From the NCBI GenBank assembly GCA_018830005.1, contig JAHJTE010000002.1, forward strand, positions 203,809 through 267,808: DNA of 64,000 nucleotides, in the 5' to 3' direction. A model generated the notes under the pieces. The model worked only from the letters and a program-made list of their open reading frames with translations. It was not told where the DNA came from and ran no database searches. Positions within the stretch are counted from its first letter, which is position 1; every line of letters begins with the position of its first letter. Shown in pieces: positions 47,250 to 57,770 of the stretch. Position numbers and translations under genes: made by a program. The DNA comes from Candidatus Omnitrophota bacterium. GTDB lineage: Bacteria; Omnitrophota; Gorgyraeia; JAHJTE01.

Positions 47250-48020
47250 TTATACCCCCTTATTACGTACTATCTCCCTGTATTTTAGATAACTTAAAAA
47301 CTGATATAATCCAGCACAGAAGGCTACAACAAATCCCCAGAAGCCACCTTTAAATCCTTTCTTTCCAAAGAAACTGCGCATAAATCTGTCAAAACTACGC
47401 CAGAGAAAGTGCCCTAAACGCATTGGCTTAGCCTGGTTGTACCATTTCTGAGCTTCAAGAGTAGTCTGTTTATTAAGTTTATTGATGAAATCTTCAATAT
47501 TTTTGTAAGAATAGTGGATAATATCGCTCTTTAGGTGCCCGCAAGGGTCAGACATGAATGCCTTGGGATGCACAGCCGCCTCTTCATATTTAAATTTATC
47601 TTTTCGGAATAGTTTTAGCTGCGGACTAGGATACCAGCCGCTAGATTTAATCCAATGCTTGCCAATGAAATTCTTTCTAGGAATCGTAAATCCATTATAA
47701 TCTGTTGGATTAGATAAAGCCTTATCAATCTCATTTTTTAGCTCTTCTGTAACACGCTCATCCGCATCCAGGCTTAAAACCCAATCATTCTCTGCCTGGG
47801 CGTATGCCCAATTGCGATGTGCGCCTTCTATATCCATCTTACGGGAGAAAACCTTGCTGCTAAAACGCTTAGCCAGAGACAGCGTCTCATCAGTACTTTC
47901 ATCATCGACAACAATAATCTCATCAGCCCATCCAGAGACACTCTCTAAACAAGAAACGATATTTTTTTCTTCATTCTTTGTAATAATAACAACGGAGATA
48001 GGCGTCAATTTATCTTTCAT
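47250..48020 (-). CDS. GT2 glycosyltransferase (WaaE/KdtX-like LPS core)
   Basis: Motifs IITKNEE, VDDESTD, LDADE and VH...HYSY. Confidence 0.87.
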   Translation of the reverse strand: MKDKLTPISVVIITKNEEKNIVSCLESVSGWADEIIVVDDESTDETLSLAKRFSSKVFSRKMDIEGAHRNWAYAQAENDWVLSLDADERVTEELKNEIDKALSNPTDYNGFTIPRKNFIGKHWIKSSGWYPSPQLKLFRKDKFKYEEAAVHPKAFMSDPCGHLKSDIIHYSYKNIEDFINKLNKQTTLEAQKWYNQAKPMRLGHFLWRSFDRFMRSFFGKKGFKGGFWGFVVAFCAGLYQFLSYLKYREIVRNKGV

Positions 48021-49131
48021 AAATTTTCCTTAAACAGCTAGCCACATATTCAATTTCCCTTTTCTTTAAATGTGGGTACATGGGAAGTGAAAGTACTTCT
48101 TTGGCAACTCTCTCAGATACTGGAAAATCTCCTTTTTTGTATCCCAAGAATTTATATGCCTTTTGTAGATGCAGTGGTATGGGATAATGAATCAGGGCGG
48201 TGATTTTTCTTTTCTTTAGCAATTTTATTAAATTATTTCGGTTTTTTATCCTTATTGCATAAACATGATAGATATGCCGGGCAAAATCTGATACTATAGG
48301 AAGCTTAATACCAGGACAGCCATTTAATAAACTATTGTAGATTGATGCATTATATTTACGCATACTATTTGCCCTATCTAGCTTTTTAAGCTTAAGCCGC
48401 AATACTGCAGCTTGCAAGGTATCTAAGCGAGAGTTGTAACCGATTGTTCTGTGATCATAACGACTTGTTCTGCCATAATCTCTAAGCATAAGTAATCTTT
48501 TATAAAGCTTTTTACTATTGGTTACTACTATACCACCATCACCACAAGCACCTAAATTCTTAGATGGATAAAAGCTAAAACATCCTACATCTGAACTGCT
48601 TCCAGCCTTATGCCAATTGCCTTTCGAATCTTTCCAATCTGCCCCATGTGCCTGAGCAGAATCCTCTATAACTTTAAGCCCATATTTATCTGCAATCTTT
48701 AAAATCTGAGGCATATTTGCCGGCTGTCCATAAAGATGTACAGGCATAATCGCCTTGGTTTTTTTGGATATGGCCTTATTGAGGCTATCCACATCTATGT
48801 TATAGCTAGATTCTTCAATATCTACAAACTTAGGTTTTGCACCAGTATAAGTTATGGCCAAAGCACTAGCAATATAAGTAAAGGCGGGTACGATTACCTC
48901 ATCGTTTTTCCCAATACCTAAACTTAGTAATCCTAAAAATAAAGCATCTGTCCCAGAGTTTACACCTACTGCATACCTTACATTACAATAAACAGCAAAC
49001 TCAGACTCAAATTGTTTAACCTCTTCACCTAAAATGAAATCGTTAGAATCGAAAATATTTTTAACCTTCTTTAGATATTCCGGCAAAATATCTCGATGCA
49101 GACTTTTTAAATCCATGAAAGGGACCTTCAC
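48010..49131 (-). CDS. DegT/DnrJ/EryC1/StrS PLP-dependent sugar aminotransferase
   Basis: Motifs NSGTDAL, PVHLYGQ, EDSAQAHG, SFYPSKNLG (catalytic Lys) and GYNSRLD. Confidence 0.93.
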   Translation of the reverse strand: MKVPFMDLKSLHRDILPEYLKKVKNIFDSNDFILGEEVKQFESEFAVYCNVRYAVGVNSGTDALFLGLLSLGIGKNDEVIVPAFTYIASALAITYTGAKPKFVDIEESSYNIDVDSLNKAISKKTKAIMPVHLYGQPANMPQILKIADKYGLKVIEDSAQAHGADWKDSKGNWHKAGSSSDVGCFSFYPSKNLGACGDGGIVVTNSKKLYKRLLMLRDYGRTSRYDHRTIGYNSRLDTLQAAVLRLKLKKLDRANSMRKYNASIYNSLLNGCPGIKLPIVSDFARHIYHVYAIRIKNRNNLIKLLKKRKITALIHYPIPLHLQKAYKFLGYKKGDFPVSERVAKEVLSLPMYPHLKKREIEYVASCLRKIYER

Positions 49132-50201
49132 AGAAACCTCCTTACTTTTGAAAAAACCTCTTCTGGGCTAATATCAACTAAACATTTATTGTTATTTTCA
49201 CATTTTGAAATTCGAAAATTCTTATAGCAAGGCCGACAGGATAAATCAGACTTCATCACAATATGCTCTTTTGATTGCGGGTAGGGACCATAGACAACTT
49301 CATTTACCGGCCCAAACACCGAAACCGACCTTACGCCTAAAGCCACTGCCATATGTAACGGGCCTCCATCATTAGTTAAAATGAACTTACATCTTTCCAA
49401 AAGAGCGCTAAATTGATTCAAGCTCAAGGACGGATATAGCTTATGAACATTCGCCTTCTCATTTATAGAATTATATACAGCCTCACAAACCTGTTCATCT
49501 TGTTTATTGCCGAAGATTAAAATCTTTAGTGCGCTATTAGTGATAATTTTGTTGCAAACGCTTGCGAAATTTTTGGCATCCCAACGCTTAAATGAAGCAT
49601 CCTTGCCCCAACTTTCTCCTGCTCCAGGACATACCCCTATAAAATCCTGACTAGAATCCAGATCATGCTTAATTAAGAATTTTTTTGCCCAGTTTCTTGA
49701 CGCACCATCAACAAACAATTCTAGTTTTGGAGCCAAGGGCTCAATCTTAAAAAAGTCCAATAATTGAAGATAATATTCTACTATATGCTTATCATGGTAT
49801 CCAGAAATTTCTAACTTTTGAGTTAAAAATTTACCGCGTTTTCGATAGTCGATACCAATGCGTCTCTTTATGCCGCATAGTTTTGCCAACATGCCGTAGC
49901 GATGATCCAGCGAAAAATCTAGCGAAACATCGAATCTTGTCCTTCTAATCTTAGATCGCAAGAAAAGGGTATTTTTAATCTTGGCAAAGAAAGAATAGCT
50001 ATATATTCTTTTTATATCTCCCCTGCTTAAAGGAAAAACAACATCAATTTTAGGGTTGGATTTTAAAATATCACTTACCCTTTGATTGCACCAATAGCCT
50101 ATAAAAGAATCTGGCCAGTGCTCCTTTATTGCTGAAATTAAAGGCGTTGTAAACAGGCAATCTCCAATGCCAAATGGATTTATAAATAGTATTCTTTTCA
50201 T
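49128..50201 (-). CDS. GT9 LPS heptosyltransferase
   Basis: Motifs GIGD...TP, PGA....KRW, NDGGPLHMA.ALG and C.PC.....C....C. Confidence 0.9.
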   Translation of the reverse strand: MKRILFINPFGIGDCLFTTPLISAIKEHWPDSFIGYWCNQRVSDILKSNPKIDVVFPLSRGDIKRIYSYSFFAKIKNTLFLRSKIRRTRFDVSLDFSLDHRYGMLAKLCGIKRRIGIDYRKRGKFLTQKLEISGYHDKHIVEYYLQLLDFFKIEPLAPKLELFVDGASRNWAKKFLIKHDLDSSQDFIGVCPGAGESWGKDASFKRWDAKNFASVCNKIITNSALKILIFGNKQDEQVCEAVYNSINEKANVHKLYPSLSLNQFSALLERCKFILTNDGGPLHMAVALGVRSVSVFGPVNEVVYGPYPQSKEHIVMKSDLSCRPCYKNFRISKCENNNKCLVDISPEEVFSKVRRFL

Positions 50202-50209
50202 ACTTTAAC

Positions 50210-51199
50210 TTAATGCATTATCAAAATCTTGACCTTCTCCAATACATCTTGGACATCAATCTCTTCTAGGCGTGGTTTTTCGATAACCATATGACCTTTA
50301 CCATAAGGCCCCCATCGCCTGGAAGATTTTCCCGGGATATCAGAACGAAACAACGCAATAACCAATGTATCAACTGCTGCTGCTAAATGCACTGGACCAC
50401 TGTCATTAGAAATTAAGCATTTACTTCTTTTAAAAAGGCTGGCCAAATGCCGCAAGGACAACTTTCCTGTCAAATTAATGATTCCGCTGCCTACCTCCTG
50501 GCTAAAACTTTCTGCCGAAGCCTCTTCTTCCTTGCCTCCAATAAGGATAACCTGCAAATTAAGCTCCTTAATAAGCCTCTTGACTAAATTGATAAAAGAG
50601 GCAAGTGGCCATTGCTTGGTAACGTCGCTTGTCCAGGGATGGACTATAACCAAAGAAGAACCATTATTTACCCCTAGACCTTTTAGGATATTATCCAGGA
50701 AATCTTGGTCATCTTTATCGATTGAAATTGGAAATACCTTCTTTTGTTTCTGAACAGCGAGCGATTCGATTAAATCAAAATTATATTCTACCTCATGTTT
50801 TGCCCCTAGGAATTTAAAATCTTTGACTTTTTTATTAAGAAGAAAGCCCCATTTTCGATCATATCCGAGGCGATTTGGGATTCCAGCCAAAAAAGTGACA
50901 ATATTAAATTTCTTTTTTGGATTGAATATAACTGCCAGATCGAATCTTCGCCTCTTTAATTCATTTATCAATCTAAATGTTCTTAACAGTCCACGAGAAT
51001 AAGGGTCTTGGTATTCTATAATCTGGTCAATATCAGGACTCCCCTGCACTAGCTGCCTACTATAAGGATGGGCCATTAAGGTTATTGAAGAATTTGGGAA
51101 ACTCTCTTTTAAAGCATGTATTGCAGGTAGGGTCAAAATAAATTCTCCGAATCTATCTGTCCTTATTGCAAGAATATTAGAGATCTTGTCTAGGTTCAT
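50210..51199 (-). CDS. GT9 LPS heptosyltransferase
   Basis: Motifs RTDRFGE, HEVE, HP.....KQWP, NDSGPVHLAAA and RWGP. Confidence 0.9.
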   Translation of the reverse strand: MNLDKISNILAIRTDRFGEFILTLPAIHALKESFPNSSITLMAHPYSRQLVQGSPDIDQIIEYQDPYSRGLLRTFRLINELKRRRFDLAVIFNPKKKFNIVTFLAGIPNRLGYDRKWGFLLNKKVKDFKFLGAKHEVEYNFDLIESLAVQKQKKVFPISIDKDDQDFLDNILKGLGVNNGSSLVIVHPWTSDVTKQWPLASFINLVKRLIKELNLQVILIGGKEEEASAESFSQEVGSGIINLTGKLSLRHLASLFKRSKCLISNDSGPVHLAAAVDTLVIALFRSDIPGKSSRRWGPYGKGHMVIEKPRLEEIDVQDVLEKVKILIMH

Positions 51200-51230
51200 A
51201 CTATTTATTTTAAAAAGAGATAGAATTTCC

Positions 51231-52022
51231 TCAGGGCTTAGGGTAATTTTTTAGCTTGCCTTCATTGAGAGCTTTCTCCCAGATCTTAAGCCACCTATTC
51301 ATAGCAAAAATGACATTTAATATGCACCAGATAAAACCATACATACCATCTTTGTATCCTTTTTTCTTAACATAAAGTTTCCAAAATAATTTAATTGGCT
51401 TCCAGCCAAGACGATATCTTACTTCCCTGAAATCCAATTCATTCCTATCCTCTAGAAATTCCTCTGATTCTTTACTTGAATAATGATTGGATTTCTCAAG
51501 GGCCTGCCTAATCGAAGTAAAAGGATAATGATATATCTCTGCCTCGATCTCTCCTATTGCTCCATCTATTTTCAACGTCTCATGCAAGGTGCTACCTATG
51601 TAATGACCTTTCCCTTTTCTAAAAATCTTTATCATATAATTGTCAGTACCAACACTCTTTAAGGCATAGCCCAAAAAGAAATTCTTCCGGAAAAGCTTAA
51701 AGGCAGCGAAATCTTTCGAATCCGCTAAGGCCTTTATAATCTTATGCACTGACTCCTTTGGGATTATTTCGTCGGCGTCCATCTGTAAAATCCAATCACC
51801 CCTGGCATTCTCTAAGCCGATATTTCGTTGATTACAAAAATTCCCCTTGGACTCATGAGTTATTACTTTTGCGCCATATCTTTTGCAAATCTCTACAGTA
51901 TTGTCACTACTTAGATCATCTACGATTACAATATCATCAACAAGATTTTTCAAAGATTGCAAGCATTTCTCTACTTCCTTCTCTGCGTTTTTTACTATTA
52001 TTACTGCTGTTATTTTTTCCAT
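51231..52022 (-). CDS. GT2 glycosyltransferase (WaaE/KdtX-like)
   Basis: Motifs VDDLSSD, QRN, MDADE, LHE and HYP. Confidence 0.87.
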   Translation of the reverse strand: MEKITAVIIVKNAEKEVEKCLQSLKNLVDDIVIVDDLSSDNTVEICKRYGAKVITHESKGNFCNQRNIGLENARGDWILQMDADEIIPKESVHKIIKALADSKDFAAFKLFRKNFFLGYALKSVGTDNYMIKIFRKGKGHYIGSTLHETLKIDGAIGEIEAEIYHYPFTSIRQALEKSNHYSSKESEEFLEDRNELDFREVRYRLGWKPIKLFWKLYVKKKGYKDGMYGFIWCILNVIFAMNRWLKIWEKALNEGKLKNYPKP

Positions 52023-52028
52023 CTTAAG

Positions 52029-52955
52029 TTATATCGATGCGAGAAATCTTTTTGCCTTTTTTACTATATCAGAGACAGAAAATCCATGAATCTGCTGTAG
52101 GTAGCTGTGAGAACCAAATTCTTTACAAAAGGTATCATTTATACCTTCTCTGCGGAAAGGAACGTGAATATCAGAATTTTCTGCTAAAACTTCAGCCACT
52201 GCACTCCCTAATCCACCAATAATACTATGCTCTTCTACTGTAATAATCGCCTTCGTATTAGCTGCAGCATCAAAAATAGATTCTTTATCTATGGGTTTTA
52301 TGGTATGGAAGTTAAGCAGGCGTGCCTTTATGCCTACTTCCTCCAATATCTCACAAGCCTTCAGGCAATTATACACGAGTCCACCCGTAGAGATAATAGT
52401 AACATCTTTGCCGTCTCTTAACTTAACTGCTTTACCAACAGTAAAATCATAATTTTTGGTATGGACTTTTGGTTCGCCGCTTTTTACAAGGCGTAAATAG
52501 ACAGGGCCTTTAATCTTTACTATCGCTTCGACTGCTTTTTCTGTTTCATAAGTATCTGCGGGAGAAATTACAGTCATGTTGGGCAAGGAACGCATTATGG
52601 AGATATCTTCAATAGCATGATGAGTCGGCCCCAAGCTTGCATATGCAAATCCTCCTCCCACTCCAATAATCTTAACGGGTAAATTTTGATAGCATGCATC
52701 AATTCTTATTTGCTCAAAACAACGAGCAGTAACAAAGGGGACAATTGAATAAACAAAAGGGATTTTTCCGCAAAGCGCAAGGCCAGAAGCCATGCCAATC
52801 ATATTTGCTTCCGCAACGCCTATATTAATAAACCTTTTGGGAAATGATTTTTTAAAGTCATCAAAAATAAAAATACCTAAGTCAGCAACCAATAAATAGA
52901 TAGAAGGGTTTATCTTGAATTGCTTATATAAACTTCTTACAAAGGCATCTCTCAT
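52029..52955 (-). CDS. Transketolase-like protein, C-terminal (pyrimidine-binding) subunit
   Basis: Motifs GVAEANM, RCFEQIR, GPTHHAIED, GPVYLRL and EEHS..GGLG. Confidence 0.9.
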   Translation of the reverse strand: MRDAFVRSLYKQFKINPSIYLLVADLGIFIFDDFKKSFPKRFINIGVAEANMIGMASGLALCGKIPFVYSIVPFVTARCFEQIRIDACYQNLPVKIIGVGGGFAYASLGPTHHAIEDISIMRSLPNMTVISPADTYETEKAVEAIVKIKGPVYLRLVKSGEPKVHTKNYDFTVGKAVKLRDGKDVTIISTGGLVYNCLKACEILEEVGIKARLLNFHTIKPIDKESIFDAAANTKAIITVEEHSIIGGLGSAVAEVLAENSDIHVPFRREGINDTFCKEFGSHSYLQQIHGFSVSDIVKKAKRFLASI

Positions 52956-52957
52956 AT

Positions 52958-53806
52958 CTAACCCTTAGACAATTCCTTTAAGGCCCGCATCATTTCTTTC
53001 TCATTTGGAGGACGGTAATGCCAGATTAACTTATTTTCCATAAAAGAAATACCTTTACCCTTGACGGTATGGGCAATAATCAAAGAAGGTTTATTCTTTT
53101 TAAATGGGATACTTTTTAATGCAGCTAGTATCTCATTCATGCGGTGGCCGTTTATTTCTTTACACTGCCATCCAAAAGCCTCCCATTTCTTCTTGAATGG
53201 CTCCAAAGCCATAATTGCCTCTGTCCTGCCTGTTGCTTGCAATTTATTATAATCAATTATGGCGCAGATATTATCTAGCTTAAAATGACTAATAGACATG
53301 GCAGCTTCCCAAATCGAACCTTCGTTACATTCTCCATCACCTAAAAGTACAAAAACCTTATTCTTCTTCCTGCCATGTTTAAAACTCAATGCCATACCTT
53401 CGCCAATAGACAAACCATGACCTAGAGAACCAGTGGAGGCCTCCAGACCAGGAATTCGGCCAAATTCAGGATGTCCTCCTAAGCAACCACCATCTCTACA
53501 AAAAGATTTTAATTGGGCTTGGCTTAAAAAACCAGCTCTTGTTAATGTGGCATATAAACCCAGACAGCCATGTCCTTTACTTAGAATAAATCTGTCGCGT
53601 CCTGACCATAGTGAATCATTGCTTTTAACCTTTAGGATTTCAAAATATAAAGCAACTAGTATATCAACGGCTGAAAGAGATGCAGCAATATGTGCACTTT
53701 TTGATGAAAATGAAGTCCTGACTATGTCTTGGCGTACCTCTTTAGCAACTAGATTTAATCTCTTTATAAGTTTTTGATTTGGAACTTTTCTCATAAATTC
53801 ATCCAA
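52958..53806 (-). CDS. Transketolase-like protein, N-terminal ThDP-binding subunit
   Basis: Motifs DRFILSKGH, GHP, TGSLGHGL, GDGECNEG...N (ThDP motif) and TVKGKG. Confidence 0.9.
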   Translation of the reverse strand: MDEFMRKVPNQKLIKRLNLVAKEVRQDIVRTSFSSKSAHIAASLSAVDILVALYFEILKVKSNDSLWSGRDRFILSKGHGCLGLYATLTRAGFLSQAQLKSFCRDGGCLGGHPEFGRIPGLEASTGSLGHGLSIGEGMALSFKHGRKKNKVFVLLGDGECNEGSIWEAAMSISHFKLDNICAIIDYNKLQATGRTEAIMALEPFKKKWEAFGWQCKEINGHRMNEILAALKSIPFKKNKPSLIIAHTVKGKGISFMENKLIWHYRPPNEKEMMRALKELSKG

Positions 53807-54491
53807 AAAGTTTAACCTTTAACATAACAAACAATGCAGGAAAACTGTCATGCCATTTTATCTTCTTACCCTGTTTATAAGTACGGGGTGAGTATTTTAC
53901 AGGTATTTCTTCAATCCTTCTGCCCTGTCTGCAGAGTCTGCTAACTAACTCAAAATCAAAAGCCATAAAATTCGACTTTACAGCAACCTCATCAAAAACC
54001 TGCCTACGATAAAATCTATTGCCTATTACATCAGTAAATTTTCTTCCATAAAAAACATTTATTAAAAATGTACTTAATAACGTAGCTAAGTAATATGGGC
54101 GTTCCTTTATTATTTCAAAGAAAGAATCATCCTTCCTTTCTGCCAGACGAGAACCAAATACTGCATCCAACCCATGTTTTTCTGCAAGCTCCACCATCTG
54201 ATAAACACAACTAGGATCATATTCTAAATCTGAATTTTGAACAAAGAGATATTTTCCTTTAGCCAATCTTGCCCCTGTCTTAACCGAGCAACCATAACCT
54301 AAATTTTCTGGCTGGAATACGACTTCAATTGAAGGATCCTTGAGGTTCTCTAAAAGCTGTTTTGTTCCATCTGTGGAGCAGTTATCTACTACAATAATCT
54401 CTTTCTCAAGCCTTATATCCTTTACCTCTCGTATCGCTTCTAATATCGTATCCTTCTCATTAAATACAGTAATAACTATTGTCAAAAGCAT
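53799..54491 (-). CDS. GT2 glycosyltransferase (polyprenol-phosphate glycosyltransferase-like)
   Basis: Motifs VFNE, VDNCSTDGT, DLEYDP, VFGSR and E.PV.Y.PR....GKKI. Confidence 0.82.
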   Translation of the reverse strand: MLLTIVITVFNEKDTILEAIREVKDIRLEKEIIVVDNCSTDGTKQLLENLKDPSIEVVFQPENLGYGCSVKTGARLAKGKYLFVQNSDLEYDPSCVYQMVELAEKHGLDAVFGSRLAERKDDSFFEIIKERPYYLATLLSTFLINVFYGRKFTDVIGNRFYRRQVFDEVAVKSNFMAFDFELVSRLCRQGRRIEEIPVKYSPRTYKQGKKIKWHDSFPALFVMLKVKLFG

Positions 54492-54492
54492 A

Positions 54493-55818
54493 TTATTTTC
54501 TTTTATTTTTGAAAAATTTTCTAAATACAGAGATAATATAATCTATTTTTTGCTTATTTAAACCAGGGTAAACACCAATAAAGAATGATTTCTCCATAAC
54601 AATATCAGAATTCTTTAGATTCCCAGAGATTCTAAAATTACACTTAGAATACGCGGGCTGACGAATAATATTGCCGGCAAATATCAACCTTGTTTCTATG
54701 CAATTGTTTTCAAGAAATCTTAAAAGTTCCTGGCGCGAAAAACCACAATTAGACTTTAAGGTAATAGGAAAAGCAAACCAGCTGGGTTGAGATTTTTTAT
54801 GCCAAGTGGACAAAATAAATTTATCCTCAAATACTTTAAGGCCATCAAAAAGGCGCCTGAAATTTCTATTCCTCATCCTTATAAAGTCATTAAGCTTATT
54901 AAACTGAGCTAATCCTAATGCTGCTTGAATATCTGTTGGCTTAAGATTATAACCGATATGGCTATAGATATAACGGTGATCATAAGAAATGCTTCTATCA
55001 CTGAGTTTAATTCTGTAATCAAAACGTCTGCCACAATCGCCAGCTAGGGAAGAATCGCCTTTGCAGAAACAATCCCTGCCCCAATCTCGCAAAGACAGGA
55101 CAGCTTTAGAAAAACTTTCATCATTAATAATCACAGCTCCACCCTCTCCCATGGTAATATGATGAGCTGGATAAAAGCTTAATGTCCCCATGTGGCCAAA
55201 GCTGCCAAGTCTTTTTCTATCAAATTTAGCTCCTAAACTATCACAGACATCTTCAATTAAATAAAGCCTATGTTTTTTGCAAATTTTACTAATAAGTTCC
55301 ATATTGCAAGGGTTACCCAATGTATGAGGGATAACCATTGCTCTCGTCTTTTTTGATATTGCCTGCTGAATCTTTTGCTCATCGATATTTAGTGTTGAAA
55401 TATTACAATCAACCAAAATAGGTTTAAAACCAGCCTGGACAATGGGTGCAAAGGTAGTAGGAAAAGTAAGCGCCGGAGTAATAACCTCATCACCTTCTTT
55501 AAGCGGTCTGGACAATTTTTGAGATTTTAAGGCTGAAGTACTCAAAAGATTTGCTGAAGATCCTGAATTAGCTAATATACAATTCTTGGCATTCATATAA
55601 TTTCTTAATTTTTCCTCTAATTCTTTTCCATAAGCACCTAAAGTAATCCAAGAGTCAAGAACAGCGTAAACCATAGAAGTCAATTCTTGAGTATCAAATA
55701 CCCTACCCGCATAATGTATCTTGGTTTTACCAGGAATAAACTTATCAGGCTTAAGATGTTTCCTGTAGTAGGCTTTAACTAATTTCGAAAAATTAGCTCT
55801 ATCTTTTTCTTTACTCAT
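54493..55818 (-). CDS. ddhC: CDP-4-keto-6-deoxyglucose 3-dehydratase (E1)
   Basis: NSGSSANL, SFYPAHHITMGEGG (His in place of Lys, the E1 signature), the Fe-S cysteines in WGRDC.C......C, and GYNLK. Confidence 0.9.
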   Translation of the reverse strand: MSKEKDRANFSKLVKAYYRKHLKPDKFIPGKTKIHYAGRVFDTQELTSMVYAVLDSWITLGAYGKELEEKLRNYMNAKNCILANSGSSANLLSTSALKSQKLSRPLKEGDEVITPALTFPTTFAPIVQAGFKPILVDCNISTLNIDEQKIQQAISKKTRAMVIPHTLGNPCNMELISKICKKHRLYLIEDVCDSLGAKFDRKRLGSFGHMGTLSFYPAHHITMGEGGAVIINDESFSKAVLSLRDWGRDCFCKGDSSLAGDCGRRFDYRIKLSDRSISYDHRYIYSHIGYNLKPTDIQAALGLAQFNKLNDFIRMRNRNFRRLFDGLKVFEDKFILSTWHKKSQPSWFAFPITLKSNCGFSRQELLRFLENNCIETRLIFAGNIIRQPAYSKCNFRISGNLKNSDIVMEKSFFIGVYPGLNKQKIDYIISVFRKFFKNKRK

Positions 55819-56788
55819 TTTTTAGATATTCCTCATACCAAGCAATAGTCTTTCTTAGGCCTGAATCCAAGCTCTCTTTTGGCCTCCAGCTTAAGACTTT
55901 CTTTGCCTTTTGCGCACAAAGATATTGTTTCTTAATTTCACAGCTTGCCTGATTAAGTATCCTATATTTTGGCCTTTTACCAATTAGTCTATAGATTTTT
56001 CTTACTAGCTCTAAAACGCTTAGGGGTCTTTCATTACTAAAGTTAAAGGCTTGACCATGGAGTCTTCCTCTAGTCATAATTTGGGCTAACTTCAAATAAC
56101 CAGATACAATATCCTCAACGAAAATATAATCACGCGTAAACTTACCATCGCTTCTAATCAAAAGAGTCCTTCCTCGAATCGCCGAGATAATAGTATCCGG
56201 CACAATCCGTTCAAAGTGCAGATCACCTGGGCCATAAATATTACCGCAACGAGTAACGCATACCGGAAGTTGGAAACTTTTAAAATAAGAATGAGAAATT
56301 AAATCTGCACAACTCTTAGATACATCATAAGGATAGATACCGCAAAGTCGACTCTTTTCTTCATAGGGTAGCTTACTATGCACGCCATATGCTTTATCAC
56401 TTGAAGAAACAATTATATTCTTAATCTTACACCTTTTTGCTACTTCTAGTATATTCCAAGTTCCAGTAATATTATCCTTAAAAGTAGCTAAGGGTATCTT
56501 GTTTGCTTTACCAACAATAGCCTGAGCAGCTAAATGGAAAATAAAATCAGGCTTATGTTTAGTGATAATATCTGAGACTAGCCTAAAATTTCTAATATTA
56601 GCACAAACCGAATAAAGTTTAAGATGTTTACCTTTAAGAATTGAATTCTTTCTTTCTACTCTTTTGTCAATGCCGATAACTCTGGCACCGCTTTTTAAGA
56701 GCGCTAGGGTAAGATGGCTGCCTAAAAAGCCAGAAAAGCCAGTTATTAAAATTTTTTTACCTGACCAGGATCGTCTATCCTCACTCAT
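55811..56788 (-). CDS. rfbG: CDP-glucose 4,6-dehydratase-like SDR
   Basis: Motifs TGFSGFLGS, HLAAQAIV, SSDKAY, YDVSK and RCGNIYGPGD; lies between rfbF and ddhC. Confidence 0.75.
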   Translation of the reverse strand: MSEDRRSWSGKKILITGFSGFLGSHLTLALLKSGARVIGIDKRVERKNSILKGKHLKLYSVCANIRNFRLVSDIITKHKPDFIFHLAAQAIVGKANKIPLATFKDNITGTWNILEVAKRCKIKNIIVSSSDKAYGVHSKLPYEEKSRLCGIYPYDVSKSCADLISHSYFKSFQLPVCVTRCGNIYGPGDLHFERIVPDTIISAIRGRTLLIRSDGKFTRDYIFVEDIVSGYLKLAQIMTRGRLHGQAFNFSNERPLSVLELVRKIYRLIGKRPKYRILNQASCEIKKQYLCAQKAKKVLSWRPKESLDSGLRKTIAWYEEYLKNE

Positions 56789-57740
56789 AATGTTTAAATC
56801 TCCCTAGGTTTTGCCTAAACCATTCTACTGTCTTGCCAAGTCCATCATTTAGGCTTACTTCTGGCTGCCAGCCAAGAAGCGCTCTTGCCTTTCTTATATC
56901 TGCCCGCCAGCAAAATTGCTCATTTTCTCTATAGGCTAAAACTCCCCAGCCTGGCTTAATAGGGTTGCCTAATTCCCTTAGTATAATCCTCGCTACTTGA
57001 CGCAAGCTATAGTCCTTACCACTAGCTATATTAATAGTTTGACCAATAACATCTTGTCTATAATCGATAATCTTTAAAAAGGCATTTATTACTTCAGATA
57101 TAAATAAAAAATCTCTTCTCTGTCTGCCGGGGGTTAACTTTATCGCTCTCCTTCTTAAAGCAGATATTATAAAAGATGGTATAAAGCGATGGGCATCTTC
57201 AAAATATCCAAAGGGCGAGAACAATCTCACGTTAACTATCGGTATATTAAAGGTGCTGGAAAAGGCATTGGCAATCAGACTAGAGGCTGCCTTAGAGGCT
57301 CCATAAACGCTAACTGGCGCAAGCCTGTCATCTTCGTGCATCGGATTCTTCTTGGGGCCATATTCAGAAGAACTTCCTACATTTACAAAAAGCTCTAAAG
57401 AAAGAGGGTTGACTGACTTTATTAGATTAAAGCTTCCAGTAATATTTGTACTTACCATTTTATCAGCGTCTCTCTGATGAGTATAACCTCCAAAGCAGCC
57501 TAAATGAAAAATAATATGTGGCTTAAAATCCTTCAATGCTTTCTTAACCTTATCATCTTCTCGTAAGTCAAGACTGAAATTCTTCAACTTTTTTTTAATA
57601 TCCTGAATTCTCCAGAAGTCAGAAGTCGTACGGGAAAAAATTCCTATTTCGCAACGACTTTGGATTAAGGACCGAATTAGATTTGCTCCCACAAAACCTG
57701 TTGCGCCTGTAACTAGTATCCTCTTTTTTGACAGTCCCAT
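56781..57740 (-). CDS. NAD-dependent sugar epimerase/reductase (extended SDR)
   Basis: Motifs TGATGFVG, GSSSEYG, YGASK and RDF. Confidence 0.85.
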   Translation of the reverse strand: MGLSKKRILVTGATGFVGANLIRSLIQSRCEIGIFSRTTSDFWRIQDIKKKLKNFSLDLREDDKVKKALKDFKPHIIFHLGCFGGYTHQRDADKMVSTNITGSFNLIKSVNPLSLELFVNVGSSSEYGPKKNPMHEDDRLAPVSVYGASKAASSLIANAFSSTFNIPIVNVRLFSPFGYFEDAHRFIPSFIISALRRRAIKLTPGRQRRDFLFISEVINAFLKIIDYRQDVIGQTINIASGKDYSLRQVARIILRELGNPIKPGWGVLAYRENEQFCWRADIRKARALLGWQPEVSLNDGLGKTVEWFRQNLGRFKHYE

Positions 57741-57770
57741 AATTTATACTGTTGTTTTTAACTGCTTAGG

